A stretch of 64,000 bases of DNA from positions 200,410 through 264,409 of the forward strand of contig JAWKNW010000001.1 of NCBI GenBank assembly GCA_041391505.1, written 5' to 3'. Position numbers and translations under genes: made by a program. Each line of letters begins with the position of its first letter. Position 1 is the first letter of the stretch. Origin of the DNA: Rhodothermales bacterium (GTDB taxonomy: Bacteria; Bacteroidota; Rhodothermia; Rhodothermales; JAHQVL01). The notes under the pieces are model-generated. The model searched no databases. It was not told the origin of the DNA and was given only the letters and a program-made list of their open reading frames with translations. This document shows positions 48,662-57,599 of this stretch, in pieces.

Positions 48662-51600
48662 GTGCCACTCCCCCGGTCCATACACCGCTATTTGCTTTAT
48701 GCCGGCCTGGTCTGCTGCCTGTTGCAGCCCCAGGCTGCGCCGGTTTACGGCCAGGAAGCCCTGCGTCTTTCGCCGGAAAAAGCGATCAGCCAGTATGTCT
48801 TCGAATCCTGGCACGAGGACGATGGCCTGCCCCAGAGTTCCGTCATGGGCATCGCGCAGACACCCGACGGTTTTCTCTGGCTCGCCACGGATGAAGGACT
48901 GGTTCGCTTCGACGGCGTCGCATTCGATACCTTCGACAAGCGGACCGACGACGCCTTCGCGATCAACGACATCGTCACCATCCTGGCGGGTCGCGACAGC
49001 GTGTTGTGGATCGGCACCCGTGGCGGCGGCCTGCTTCGGTACGACGGGGCGTTTTCACGGTTCGACGAAGCCAGCGGGCTTACCAGCCATTTTATCACCA
49101 CCCTGTACGAAGACGCCGCCGGCACCATCTGGGCCGGCACGTACGGAGGCGGTCTGCTCGCCTACCGCGGCCCCGATGGCTTCGAGGCCTACGGCGCGGA
49201 CGCCGGCCTGCCGGGCGACTTTATCAGCGTAGTAGCCGAGGATCCATCCGGTCAGCTCCTCGTCGGCACCGAGGACGGGATCGTGCGCTGGGATGGCGAA
49301 CGGTTCGTTCGCGACGACCGCCCGGGCGCGCCCGCCGGCCTCATCAGCACCCTCTACGCCAACCCCGGAGGACGCCTCTGGGCCTCCACCGGCGAGGCCG
49401 GCCTGTACCTTCTCGAAAACGGCGCCTGGACCGACTGGACCGATCGTCTGCAACTCGGCGAAGGGTATGTGACGGATATGCTGTCGGACAACGCCGGCAG
49501 CACGTGGTTCGCCGCCACCGGTGGCCGGCTTTACCGCCTCGCCGGCAACGGCTTCGAGCCGTTCACCTCCGAAAAGGAATTCGCCACCAACGACCTGACG
49601 TCGCTGTTTCAGGATCGGGAGGGCAGTCTCTGGGTGGGCTCCCGCTTCGGGGGGCTCCACCGGCTTCGCAGCGGCAAGTTCACGCCGCTGGGCATGCCGG
49701 AAGGGCTGCCGAACGACCACGTCGCCTCGGTCTACGAGGCCCCGGACGGCTCGATGTGGTTCGGGACGGCCGAAGGAGCGGCCCGGATGCGGCCCGACGG
49801 GACGATCGAGCGGATCTCCACCGCCGAGGGCCTCGGGAGCGACGAGGTGCTGGCCATCATCGGCGATCGGGCCGGCAGGGTCTGGATCGGCACCTACGGC
49901 GGCGGTCTGGCGCAATGGGATAACGGCCGCATTACGCGGTATACGACCGAGCAGGGGTTGGTCAGCGACAACATCTTCGCCCTCTTCGTCGCGCCGGACG
50001 ATGCCCTCTGGATCGGCACCGACGCCGGCGTGGGACGCCTGGAACGCGGCGCCCTCACATCCATCACCAGCGCCGACGGGCTCTCGAGCGACTTTATCAC
50101 CGCCTTCGCCGCCGGCGCCGACGGCAGCGTATGGATCGGCACGTACGACTCCGGCATCAACCGGTACCTCGACGGCGCGATCACCGCCGTGAACATGGAA
50201 AGCGGGCTGAGCAGCGACGCCGTGCTCGCCCTCCACGGCGACGCGGGGGGCGACCTCTGGATCGGCACGTACGGTGGGGGCCTCAACCGCTTGCGCGGCA
50301 ATGACATCGTGGCCGTCACCCAACGGCAGGGGCTGTACAACGACAACGTATACGTCATCCTGGAAGACGCCGAAGCACGGCTCTGGATGACCTGCAACAA
50401 GGGCGTATTCCGGATCGACAAGGCCGATTTCGAGCGGCTGGCCGCCGGCGACACGACGGCTATCGCCGGCGTCGCGTTCGACCGCTCCGACGGCCTGCGC
50501 AATGCGGAAGGCCTCGGCGGGCAGCAGCCCGCCGGCTGGCGCTCGCGCGACGGTCGGCTCTGGTTCACCACCATCGCCGGCGCCGCCGTGATCGACCCGG
50601 CCGCGATCCCCTCGAACACCCTGCCCCCGCCCATCGCGATCACCGGGCTGTTCATCGACGACCGGGCCGTCGCCATCGATTCCACCATCACGATCCCCCC
50701 GGGCTCGCACAAACTGCGATTCGCCTATACCGCAACGAGCCTCATCAATCCGCACCGCGTCGCGTTTCAAACCATGCTGTCGGGCGCCGACGTTACCTGG
50801 GCCGAGCCGACGACGCGGCGGGAATCGTTTTACACCAACCTGGCCCCCGGCGACTACGCCTTCCATGTCCGCGCGCGAAACGACGACGGCGTATGGAACC
50901 ATCGCGCCGCAAAATTGAGCCTGTATCTGGAGCCGTACTTTTATCAGACCCTCTGGTTCAGGCTGCTGTGTCTCGCCGGACTGATCGGCGGCGTCTTCCT
51001 CGCCTATCGCGTGCGCATGCTCCAGATGAAGGCGCGCCAGGAGGAACTGGAGCGCACCGTGGAAGAGCGCACCCACGATCTGCGTATCGAAAAAGAACGC
51101 ACCGAAAAAGCCAAGGAAGTCATTGAGGCGCAGGCTGATAAACTCCGCGAGCTGGACCGTTTCAAGACCCGCTTCTTCGCCAACCTCTCGCACGAATTCC
51201 GAACCCCGCTGACGATGATCATCGGGCCGCTGGAAAACCTCATTTCCGGGGCGTACGGTTCGGTCAGCGAGGCGGCCGTCCGCCAGGGGCATATCATGCT
51301 CCGCAACGCGCAGCGGCTCCTTCGCCTGATCAACCAGCTGCTCGATCTGTCGAAACTCGAAGCCGGCAAGATGGAGCTGCGATCCCGCGAGCGCAACATC
51401 GTGCCTTTCGTCGAGGGCATCGTCTACTCGTGCCTCCCCCTCGCCGAAACCAAAAAGATCGCGCTCAACTTTACCAGCGACATCGAACAGGCGCCCCTGC
51501 ATTTCGAGCCGGACAAGCTGGAAAAGGTATTCTTCAACCTGCTCTCGAACGCACTCAAGTTCACGCCGGCGGAAGGAACGATCGACGTGACCGTCACCGA

Positions 51601-53230
51601 TCTGCCGACACCGACCGCCGCGATGCGGGAAGGGGCAATCCAGATCGCTGTGCGCGATACTGGCAAGGGCATCCCCGAGGGTGACCTGCCGCACGTGTTC
51701 GATCGCTTCCATCAGGTGGACGGATCCAACACGCGCGAGCATGAGGGCACCGGCATCGGACTGGCCCTCGTCCAAGAACTGGTGCTCCTCCACAAGGGGG
51801 AGATCGAGGTGGAAAGCACGCTCGGGGTCGGGACGACGTTCACGGTGCGCTTCCCGAAAGGCAAGGCGCACCTCAAGCCGGAAGAGATCGCGGTCGACAG
51901 CGACATCCCCGAGGCCATGCTGGCGCGCGGCGCGCTGACCGAACTGGCCATCGAGGGCGCCGACCTGGATCATGAGCCGCCCGCCGAAGCCGGCGATACG
52001 CCCGCTCCGGTAGCCAAGTCCGACAAGCTGGTCCTGGTCGTGGAAGACAACCCCGACGTCCGCGAATACGTTGCCGGCATTCTGGAGGCGACGTACCGGG
52101 TGATCACCGCCGTCGACGGGGTCGACGGGCTCGACAAGGCGCGGACGCAGATGCCCGACCTGATCGTGAGCGACGTGATGATGCCGCGGATGGACGGCAA
52201 CGAGATGTGCCGGCGGCTCAAGGAAGATCCGCGCTTCAATCACATCCCCATCATGCTCCTCACGGCGCGCGCCACGAACGACCTCCGGATCGAGGGCCTC
52301 GAAGCCCGCGCCGACGACTTCCTCGCCAAGCCGTTTAATGCGCGCGAGTTGATGACCCGCGTGGCCAACCTGCTCATCCTGCGCGAGCAGGAAAAGGAGC
52401 TCAAGCGCCTGAACGAGCACCTCGAAGTGGAAGTCGCCAACCAGCTCGAATTGATTCTCTCCGAACGGCTCAAATACGAGGCGGAGCTGCTGGTGGCGAA
52501 GGAGGAAGCCGAGCGCTCCTCCCGGCTCAAGTCGAGCATCCTCGACAACGTCAATCACGAGTTCCGGACGCCGATCGCCGGCATCGTCGGCAGCAGCGAC
52601 CTGCTGGCGATGGAAGTGCCCGAAGACCTCCGCGAACTGGTCGACATCATCAAGATCAGCGCCGACCGGCTGATGCGCACCCTCAACGCGGTGGTCGAAC
52701 TCGGGGCCCTGGAGAGCGAGAGCTACGTGCTGCATCCGTATCAAACGGATGTGCTCGACGTGCTGGAAGAGGTCCTCGAACAGCAGTTCGTGCGCGCCCG
52801 CTCAAAAGATCTCGACCTGCAGTACCAGGTCAACGACGAAAGCCTGCCGGCCGTGATCGATCCCATGGCCCTCCGCAGGGTGTTCGAACTGATCATCGAC
52901 AACGCGATCAAGTTTACGACCGAGGGATCGATCAACGTGCACGTCGAGAGCGACAGCGACGTGGTACAGATCCGCGTTCAGGACACCGGCGTCGGGATGG
53001 ATGCCGAGTTCATGCAGCACGTCTTCGAGGCGTTCGTCCAGGAAAGCAACGGGATGACGCGCGACTACGAAGGATGCGGCATCGGCCTGACGATCGCGCA
53101 TCGCCTCATCGACAAGATGGGCGGACAGATCCGCATTGAATCCGAAAAAGGAGTCGGCAGCACCTTCACGGTCGAGATCCCCGCCCGCGCCGGCAAATCG
53201 CTCGCCAATACGGAGATGGTTTATAATTGA
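48662..53230 (+). CDS. hybrid sensor histidine kinase/response regulator with periplasmic two-propeller + Y_Y_Y sensor and two kinase cores
   Basis: 1522 aa. Domain order: signal peptide; about 14 Reg_prop-type repeats (..W.GT..GL.....); TM helix LWFRLLCLAGLIGGVFLAY; HisKA (FFANLSHEFRTPL); HATPase (GTGIGLALVQELV); REC (VVEDNPDVREY...DLIVSDVMMPRMDG); second HisKA (ILDNVNHEFRTPIAGI); second HATPase (GCGIGLTIAHRLI). No HTH domain. Confidence 0.88.
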   Translation: MPLPRSIHRYLLYAGLVCCLLQPQAAPVYGQEALRLSPEKAISQYVFESWHEDDGLPQSSVMGIAQTPDGFLWLATDEGLVRFDGVAFDTFDKRTDDAFAINDIVTILAGRDSVLWIGTRGGGLLRYDGAFSRFDEASGLTSHFITTLYEDAAGTIWAGTYGGGLLAYRGPDGFEAYGADAGLPGDFISVVAEDPSGQLLVGTEDGIVRWDGERFVRDDRPGAPAGLISTLYANPGGRLWASTGEAGLYLLENGAWTDWTDRLQLGEGYVTDMLSDNAGSTWFAATGGRLYRLAGNGFEPFTSEKEFATNDLTSLFQDREGSLWVGSRFGGLHRLRSGKFTPLGMPEGLPNDHVASVYEAPDGSMWFGTAEGAARMRPDGTIERISTAEGLGSDEVLAIIGDRAGRVWIGTYGGGLAQWDNGRITRYTTEQGLVSDNIFALFVAPDDALWIGTDAGVGRLERGALTSITSADGLSSDFITAFAAGADGSVWIGTYDSGINRYLDGAITAVNMESGLSSDAVLALHGDAGGDLWIGTYGGGLNRLRGNDIVAVTQRQGLYNDNVYVILEDAEARLWMTCNKGVFRIDKADFERLAAGDTTAIAGVAFDRSDGLRNAEGLGGQQPAGWRSRDGRLWFTTIAGAAVIDPAAIPSNTLPPPIAITGLFIDDRAVAIDSTITIPPGSHKLRFAYTATSLINPHRVAFQTMLSGADVTWAEPTTRRESFYTNLAPGDYAFHVRARNDDGVWNHRAAKLSLYLEPYFYQTLWFRLLCLAGLIGGVFLAYRVRMLQMKARQEELERTVEERTHDLRIEKERTEKAKEVIEAQADKLRELDRFKTRFFANLSHEFRTPLTMIIGPLENLISGAYGSVSEAAVRQGHIMLRNAQRLLRLINQLLDLSKLEAGKMELRSRERNIVPFVEGIVYSCLPLAETKKIALNFTSDIEQAPLHFEPDKLEKVFFNLLSNALKFTPAEGTIDVTVTDLPTPTAAMREGAIQIAVRDTGKGIPEGDLPHVFDRFHQVDGSNTREHEGTGIGLALVQELVLLHKGEIEVESTLGVGTTFTVRFPKGKAHLKPEEIAVDSDIPEAMLARGALTELAIEGADLDHEPPAEAGDTPAPVAKSDKLVLVVEDNPDVREYVAGILEATYRVITAVDGVDGLDKARTQMPDLIVSDVMMPRMDGNEMCRRLKEDPRFNHIPIMLLTARATNDLRIEGLEARADDFLAKPFNARELMTRVANLLILREQEKELKRLNEHLEVEVANQLELILSERLKYEAELLVAKEEAERSSRLKSSILDNVNHEFRTPIAGIVGSSDLLAMEVPEDLRELVDIIKISADRLMRTLNAVVELGALESESYVLHPYQTDVLDVLEEVLEQQFVRARSKDLDLQYQVNDESLPAVIDPMALRRVFELIIDNAIKFTTEGSINVHVESDSDVVQIRVQDTGVGMDAEFMQHVFEAFVQESNGMTRDYEGCGIGLTIAHRLIDKMGGQIRIESEKGVGSTFTVEIPARAGKSLANTEMVYN

Positions 53231-53301
53231 AGGGTTCGAGGTTTGAGGTTCAAGGTTTAAGGTAAGCCGCCTTAAACCTTGAACCTCAAACCTCGAACTC
53301 T
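53231..53301. repeat. heptad-built near-perfect palindrome (GGTTCAA family) exactly filling the gap between two convergent stop codons
   Basis: AGGGTTCGAGGTTTGAGGTTCAAGGTTTAAGG - TAAGCCG - CCTTAAACCTTGAACCTCAAACCTCGAACTCT. About 32-bp stem. Confidence 0.9.
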
Positions 53302-54447
53302 TCAATTCCGCACCGTCTTCAAGAGCACCCCGTCTACCCCGTGGATGCGCATGTCGATGAGTTGCTGGAGGGTCGGGGTATAGCCGGCCTCTTTCACTTC
53401 CCGGATGAAGCGCTCGCTGACGCCGTGGATGCGCAGCTCGACGAGCCGGTCCAGCGACACGTCGCGATAGCCTAAATCCGCCAGCCCACCGATGAATTCC
53501 GTCGATACGCCGTGGATCCGCAAAGCGACCAGGCGATCGACATCGGGCCTTTTGTAGCCGAGAGCCTCCAGGTCGCGCACGAACGCCGGCGAAACGCCAT
53601 GGATGCGCATCGCCTGGAGCTGATCCATCGTCAGGGAGCGATACCCCGCGCGGGAAAACTCGTCGATGTACGCCACGGTAACCCCGTGGATGCGTGCCGA
53701 CACCAGGTTATCCACCGTGAGCTTCGGAAAGCCCGCCTTCGCCATCTCCGCGACGAACTCCGGCGTCACCCCGTGGATACGCATCGCCGTCAGCTGATCG
53801 ATCGAGAGGTCGGAAAAGCCGGCCTTCGCCATCTCCGCGATGAACTCGGGCGTCACCCCGTGGATGCGCATCGCCATCAGGTCGTCCTTCGGGATGTCGC
53901 GGTACCCGGCGGCTTGCAGGGATCGGATAAATGCGGGCGAGACGTCGTGAATCCGCATCGCGACGAGGTCGTCGTACGGGAGGCCGGCGTAACCCAGTTT
54001 CCCCAGTTCCTCCACGAACGGGATGGTCACGTCGTGGATCGCAAGCGTGAACACCTGGCTCAGCGTGAGATTCGCATACCCCAGCCGCCCCATGGAGCGG
54101 ACGTAGGCGTCGTCCGTGGTGAAGGTGAAGGACCCTGAACCGGTCTCGTCGACGAACTGCCCCGTGAAGACGAACTCGCCGGCTTCGCGCCGCATCGTGA
54201 AGGTGACGTCGGCCTTCCCGCTGTTTCCGGGCGCGATCGCCATGCCGTCCAGGTCCTTGAGCGGCAGCTGGGTGCTGAAGCCGTGGCGCTCGCCGTCGGC
54301 CGAGGCCCGGATCGTCACCCAGAGCGATTCCGTGACCTGGTGCCACCGGTTGTGCTGGAATTCGCCGATCCACGTCCCTTCCATGCGGTCCGCCGGCGCG
54401 GCGCCCATCGTGAGCAGGACGGTGAATAAAAGGGCTAGTCGTGTCAT
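53302..54447 (-). CDS. secreted protein: about 130-aa N-domain plus about 9 tandem 29-aa IHGV(S/T)PEF repeats (paralogous to the BlaR1-like C-terminus)
   Basis: Start MTRLALLFTVLLTMGAAPA at 54447. Repeats such as IHGVTPEFIAEMAKAGFSDLSIDQLTAMR occur 8-9 times. Last gene of the blaI-blaR1 transcription unit. Confidence 0.7.
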   Translation of the reverse strand: MTRLALLFTVLLTMGAAPADRMEGTWIGEFQHNRWHQVTESLWVTIRASADGERHGFSTQLPLKDLDGMAIAPGNSGKADVTFTMRREAGEFVFTGQFVDETGSGSFTFTTDDAYVRSMGRLGYANLTLSQVFTLAIHDVTIPFVEELGKLGYAGLPYDDLVAMRIHDVSPAFIRSLQAAGYRDIPKDDLMAMRIHGVTPEFIAEMAKAGFSDLSIDQLTAMRIHGVTPEFVAEMAKAGFPKLTVDNLVSARIHGVTVAYIDEFSRAGYRSLTMDQLQAMRIHGVSPAFVRDLEALGYKRPDVDRLVALRIHGVSTEFIGGLADLGYRDVSLDRLVELRIHGVSERFIREVKEAGYTPTLQQLIDMRIHGVDGVLLKTVRN

Positions 54448-54549
54448 GGGTTTCTGGATTCGGGTTTTGGGATGCGGGAAGGACGCACCTCGCCCGGGGC
54501 GCCCCAAAACAGCGCCCTCAAGGTCCGATGCTTGTTGTCCGATGTGATC

Positions 54550-57084
54550 CTACCGGTTGCCCCGGAGTGATTTGACGTACTCCGCGTCCACGCCGTGCCG
54601 GCGCATGTCGATGAGCTGCTCGATCGTGACGTCGCGGAGGCCGGCGTCGCGGATGTCGCGGACGTACTCCGCATCCACCCCCTGACGCCGGAGTTTGAGC
54701 AGCTGCTCCGTCGTCGCGTCGATGCCGAGGGCCTTCATCTCGCCGATGTATTCGGCGTCGAGCCCGTATTTGCTCATCTGGATGAGTTCTTCGATCGACA
54801 GGTTCGCGATCCCCTGCTCGCGGAGGCCATCCACGAGATCCGAATCGACCCCGTATTTGCTGGCGGCGATGAGTTCGTCCGGCGACACCTCGCTGTAGCC
54901 GGCACGCGCCAGGGCTTCGACGAGCTCCTGGTCGACGCCGTATTTGCTCATCCCGACCAGGTCATCGAGCTTCAGGTTTTTGTACCCTGCTTCGTTGAGG
55001 GTCGCGACCAGCTCCTCGTCGACCCCGTATTTGCTGGCCATGATCAGCTCCTCGGGCGACACCCGGTCGTACCCGTAGCGGTTCAGCGTTTCTATCAGGT
55101 CGGCATCGACGCCGTACTTGCTCATGGCGACCAGGTCATCGAGGGTGAGGTCGGTGTAGCCGGCTTTATCCAGGGTCGCGACCAGATCCTGGTCTACCCC
55201 GTATTTGCTCGCCTTGATCAGTTCGTCTACCGGGACGCGATCGTAGCCGTGCCGGCTGAGCATGTCGATCAGCTCGATATCGACGCCGTATTTGCTCATG
55301 GCCACCAGATCCTCCCGGGAGAGGTCGGTATAGCCGGCGTCGCGCATGGCGCGGACAAAGTCCAGGTCCACCCCGTACTTGCTCATCGCCGCGTAGTCTT
55401 CGAGCGTCAGGTCGTCGAATCCGATATCCCGCATCCGGGCGATATACTCGGCATCGGCTCCGTAGCGGCCGAGCATAATCAGATCGGCATACGTGAGGTC
55501 GTTGAAGCCCATGGCCCGCAGCGACTTGATGAACTCCGCATCCACCCCGTACTGACGCAGCTTGATGATCTGGTCGATCGAGAGCGAGTCGACCGGGGTG
55601 TGGTCGTGGGATTCCTCACCGCCCTGCCAATCGATCGCGGGGATATCGATGTCGATGTCCGGGATGTCGATGTGCAATGCCGGGAAATTGAAGTCGAATC
55701 CGGGGATATCGATATGCATTTCGGGAATGTCGATATCGATCGGCGGGATGTCGATGTCGATATCGGGCACGTCGATATCCATCTCGGGCACGTCGATGTC
55801 GAAATCCGGGATGTCGATGTCGATATCGGGCACATCGACGTCCACGTCGATCGGTTCGTGCACCATGCGCGGCGCCGGCGGCCGAGGCGGTGTCGGCCGC
55901 GCCTGCTGGGCCTGTGCCGGCTGCAGCGCGGCGAGGGGCAGCACGAGGCTGGCGACGAGCGAGAGGGTCAGCATCGTGCCCAGCCGGTTCTGGCTGCGCC
56001 GGCGGAACGGGTCGAGGATCGAGAGCAGCCGGCCTTCCAGCTGCGAGCCGCGCGCCATCGAGACGGCCGCGACGGTGGACCACTCCGCTTTCTTGAGCAT
56101 GCGCGCCGTTTCCAGCAGCGTTTCAGCGTACCGCGAGGGGTCCGCGCCCGAGACGAGCACGAGATCGTCGCACGACCGTTCCCGCTCGATACGCATCTGC
56201 CAGGCGGCCATCCATACAAGCGGATTGAACCAGTACACCGCGCACACGATGTTCGTCAGCAGCTGGAAGAGGCAATCGTACCGTTTGATGTGCGCGAGTT
56301 CGTGCAGGAGCACGGATTCCTTGCGCGCCTCGTCCCACGCATCCGCATCTTCCGGCAGCACGACCACCGGGCGCCAGACACCGATCGCCATCGGCACCGA
56401 GGTCCACGAGCTCATCCGGAGCCGCACCACCCGCCGGATCCCCATCCGGCGTGCGGCCGCTTCGGCCATCAGGTGCCAGTTCTCGTCGTCCACGAACGAC
56501 GCGCGGTTGACGAGCAGGCGGGCGCCGGCGTGGGCGAGCACGAGGCGAACGATGACCGCCAGCGCCCCGAGCGCCCAGATCAGAAAGGCCCACTGCGTCC
56601 AGTGCATCCGGCCGACCGCCTCCCGCACCGAAGCAGGCATCCAGGAAAACGACGGCGTAACAGCGTCCTGATAGACGGGCGCTGCAGCAGCCGCCGGCGC
56701 GACAGCTCGCGACGGCGCCGCGGGCGCCGGTTTCGCGGCCGGCGCGGGCGTGACGGCAGGCGCCGCGGCAGGCTTCCAATCGGGCTCGTTCGCCGGGGAC
56801 GCCGGAGCCGGCGCATCGGCCTGCTGGGGCGCGGGCGTGACCTGCGGCAAAAACGCCACCTGCCAGGCCGGCACGACCTGCCCGATAAACGGCAGCAGGA
56901 AGACGCCGAGCAGGGCCGAACACCAGATCATATAACGGGTCGCCGCCGCGCTGTGCCGCAAGGCATAGGTCAGCAGGCCGGCGGCCGACAGAAGAAGCGT
57001 CCCCTTCGCGAGGATAATGGCCATGTCCGAGGCCCAGGGGCGCAGATCGGAGGCCAGAGTCGGAATGTCGATAAGGAATAGCAT
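54550..57084 (-). CDS. BlaR1/MecR1-type M56 peptidase signal transducer with non-canonical repeat sensor domain
   Basis: 844 aa. TM helices, a Pro/Ala-rich loop and the M56 zinc motif LLHELAHIKRYD. A final TM helix (LTLSLVASLVLPLAAL) is followed by DIDIP octad repeats and 11.5 copies of the 29-aa YGVD repeat. The start is 1 nt after the blaI stop. Confidence 0.85.
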   Translation of the reverse strand: MLFLIDIPTLASDLRPWASDMAIILAKGTLLLSAAGLLTYALRHSAAATRYMIWCSALLGVFLLPFIGQVVPAWQVAFLPQVTPAPQQADAPAPASPANEPDWKPAAAPAVTPAPAAKPAPAAPSRAVAPAAAAAPVYQDAVTPSFSWMPASVREAVGRMHWTQWAFLIWALGALAVIVRLVLAHAGARLLVNRASFVDDENWHLMAEAAARRMGIRRVVRLRMSSWTSVPMAIGVWRPVVVLPEDADAWDEARKESVLLHELAHIKRYDCLFQLLTNIVCAVYWFNPLVWMAAWQMRIERERSCDDLVLVSGADPSRYAETLLETARMLKKAEWSTVAAVSMARGSQLEGRLLSILDPFRRRSQNRLGTMLTLSLVASLVLPLAALQPAQAQQARPTPPRPPAPRMVHEPIDVDVDVPDIDIDIPDFDIDVPEMDIDVPDIDIDIPPIDIDIPEMHIDIPGFDFNFPALHIDIPDIDIDIPAIDWQGGEESHDHTPVDSLSIDQIIKLRQYGVDAEFIKSLRAMGFNDLTYADLIMLGRYGADAEYIARMRDIGFDDLTLEDYAAMSKYGVDLDFVRAMRDAGYTDLSREDLVAMSKYGVDIELIDMLSRHGYDRVPVDELIKASKYGVDQDLVATLDKAGYTDLTLDDLVAMSKYGVDADLIETLNRYGYDRVSPEELIMASKYGVDEELVATLNEAGYKNLKLDDLVGMSKYGVDQELVEALARAGYSEVSPDELIAASKYGVDSDLVDGLREQGIANLSIEELIQMSKYGLDAEYIGEMKALGIDATTEQLLKLRRQGVDAEYVRDIRDAGLRDVTIEQLIDMRRHGVDAEYVKSLRGNR
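54553..55560 (-). repeat. coding tandem repeat, 87-nt period (about 11.5 copies of the 29-aa YGVDxE(L/F)(I/V)..L...GY..L...(D/E)L(I/V).MSK unit)
   Basis: Read directly from the translation of 54550..57084. Confidence 0.85.
55631..55852 (-). repeat. coding micro-repeat (GATATC/GATGTC hexamers; 24-nt super-period) encoding (D-I-D-I-D-I-P-x)n
   Basis: Plus strand: GGGATATCGATGTCGATGTCCGGGATGTCGATGTGCAATGCCGGG...GGGATGTCGATGTCGATATCGGGCAC, repeated. The protein reads IDVDVDVPDIDIDIPDFDIDVPEMDIDVPDIDIDIPPIDIDIPEMHIDIPGFDFNFPALHIDIPDIDIDIPAIDW. Confidence 0.9.
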
Positions 57085-57085
57085 G

Positions 57086-57481
57086 CTAGTTTTCCTCCTG
57101 TTGTTTGGCCTGTTCGATCAGCGCGGACAGCCGGTCGAGGTCGGAATCGCTCAGTTCATCTCCTTTCAGATCCAGCAGCGCCGATACGACGCGGTCGGCG
57201 GATCCGTTAAAGAAAGCCTGCACCATGTAGCTCATGGCGGAGCGGCCGGCTTCGTCCGGCGAAATCGTCGGTGAAAAGATGTAGCGCGCCCCGTCGCGGC
57301 GGTGCTTGAGGTGCCCCTTCTCTTCCAGGATACGCAGCATCGCGCGCACCCCGGAGTACGTGGGCGGATCGACGATCCCTTCCATCACTTCGGCGGCCGT
57401 CGCCTCGCCCCGCTTGTAGATGAACGTCATGATCTGACGTTCGCGGGCGCCAAGGTCCATCGGCGATTTTTTTCGTTTCAT
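57086..57481 (-). CDS. BlaI/MecI/CopY-family transcriptional repressor
   Basis: 131 aa. Winged helix with ERQIMTFIYKRGEATAAEV...YSGVRAMLRILEEKGHLKHRRDGARYIF. C-terminal dimerisation helix. Confidence 0.88.
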   Translation of the reverse strand: MKRKKSPMDLGARERQIMTFIYKRGEATAAEVMEGIVDPPTYSGVRAMLRILEEKGHLKHRRDGARYIFSPTISPDEAGRSAMSYMVQAFFNGSADRVVSALLDLKGDELSDSDLDRLSALIEQAKQQEEN

Positions 57482-57537
57482 AGCGGTTTTGTCGCGTGGA
57501 TCGCCCCCTGCCGACAGGGCTTCGGGCGATTCGTCTA

Positions 57538-57553
57538 TGCTAGAATACTAGCA
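57538..57553. promoter_or_regulatory. candidate BlaI-family operator dyad 1 (TGCTA-N6-TAGCA)
   Basis: TGCTAGAATACTAGCA is a perfect 6-4-6 palindrome, 57 nt upstream of the blaI start. Confidence 0.55.
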
Positions 57554-57599
57554 CCCTACGGGCAACATACGGAGAAGATGCAGCGGCGTCAATAGAATA

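Noticed and set aside
49055-52744. 1229-aa ORF antisense to the hybrid kinase
   Set aside because: It has no motifs, is Arg/Gly/Asp-rich, and the sense strand shows textbook HisKA/HATPase/REC motifs.
54595-57081. 828-aa plus-strand ORF antisense to the BlaR1-like gene
   Set aside because: Its repetitive DVD/HVD/RR-rich translation mirrors the coding repeats on the other strand. The minus strand has the HELAH M56 motif and couples to blaI.
54550-57084. Annotating the BlaR1-like protein as a beta-lactam sensor or resistance regulator
   Set aside because: No SxxK/SxN/KTG penicillin-binding motifs occur after the last TM helix, and no beta-lactamase or PBP2a-like gene follows. Only the M56 transducer half is conserved.
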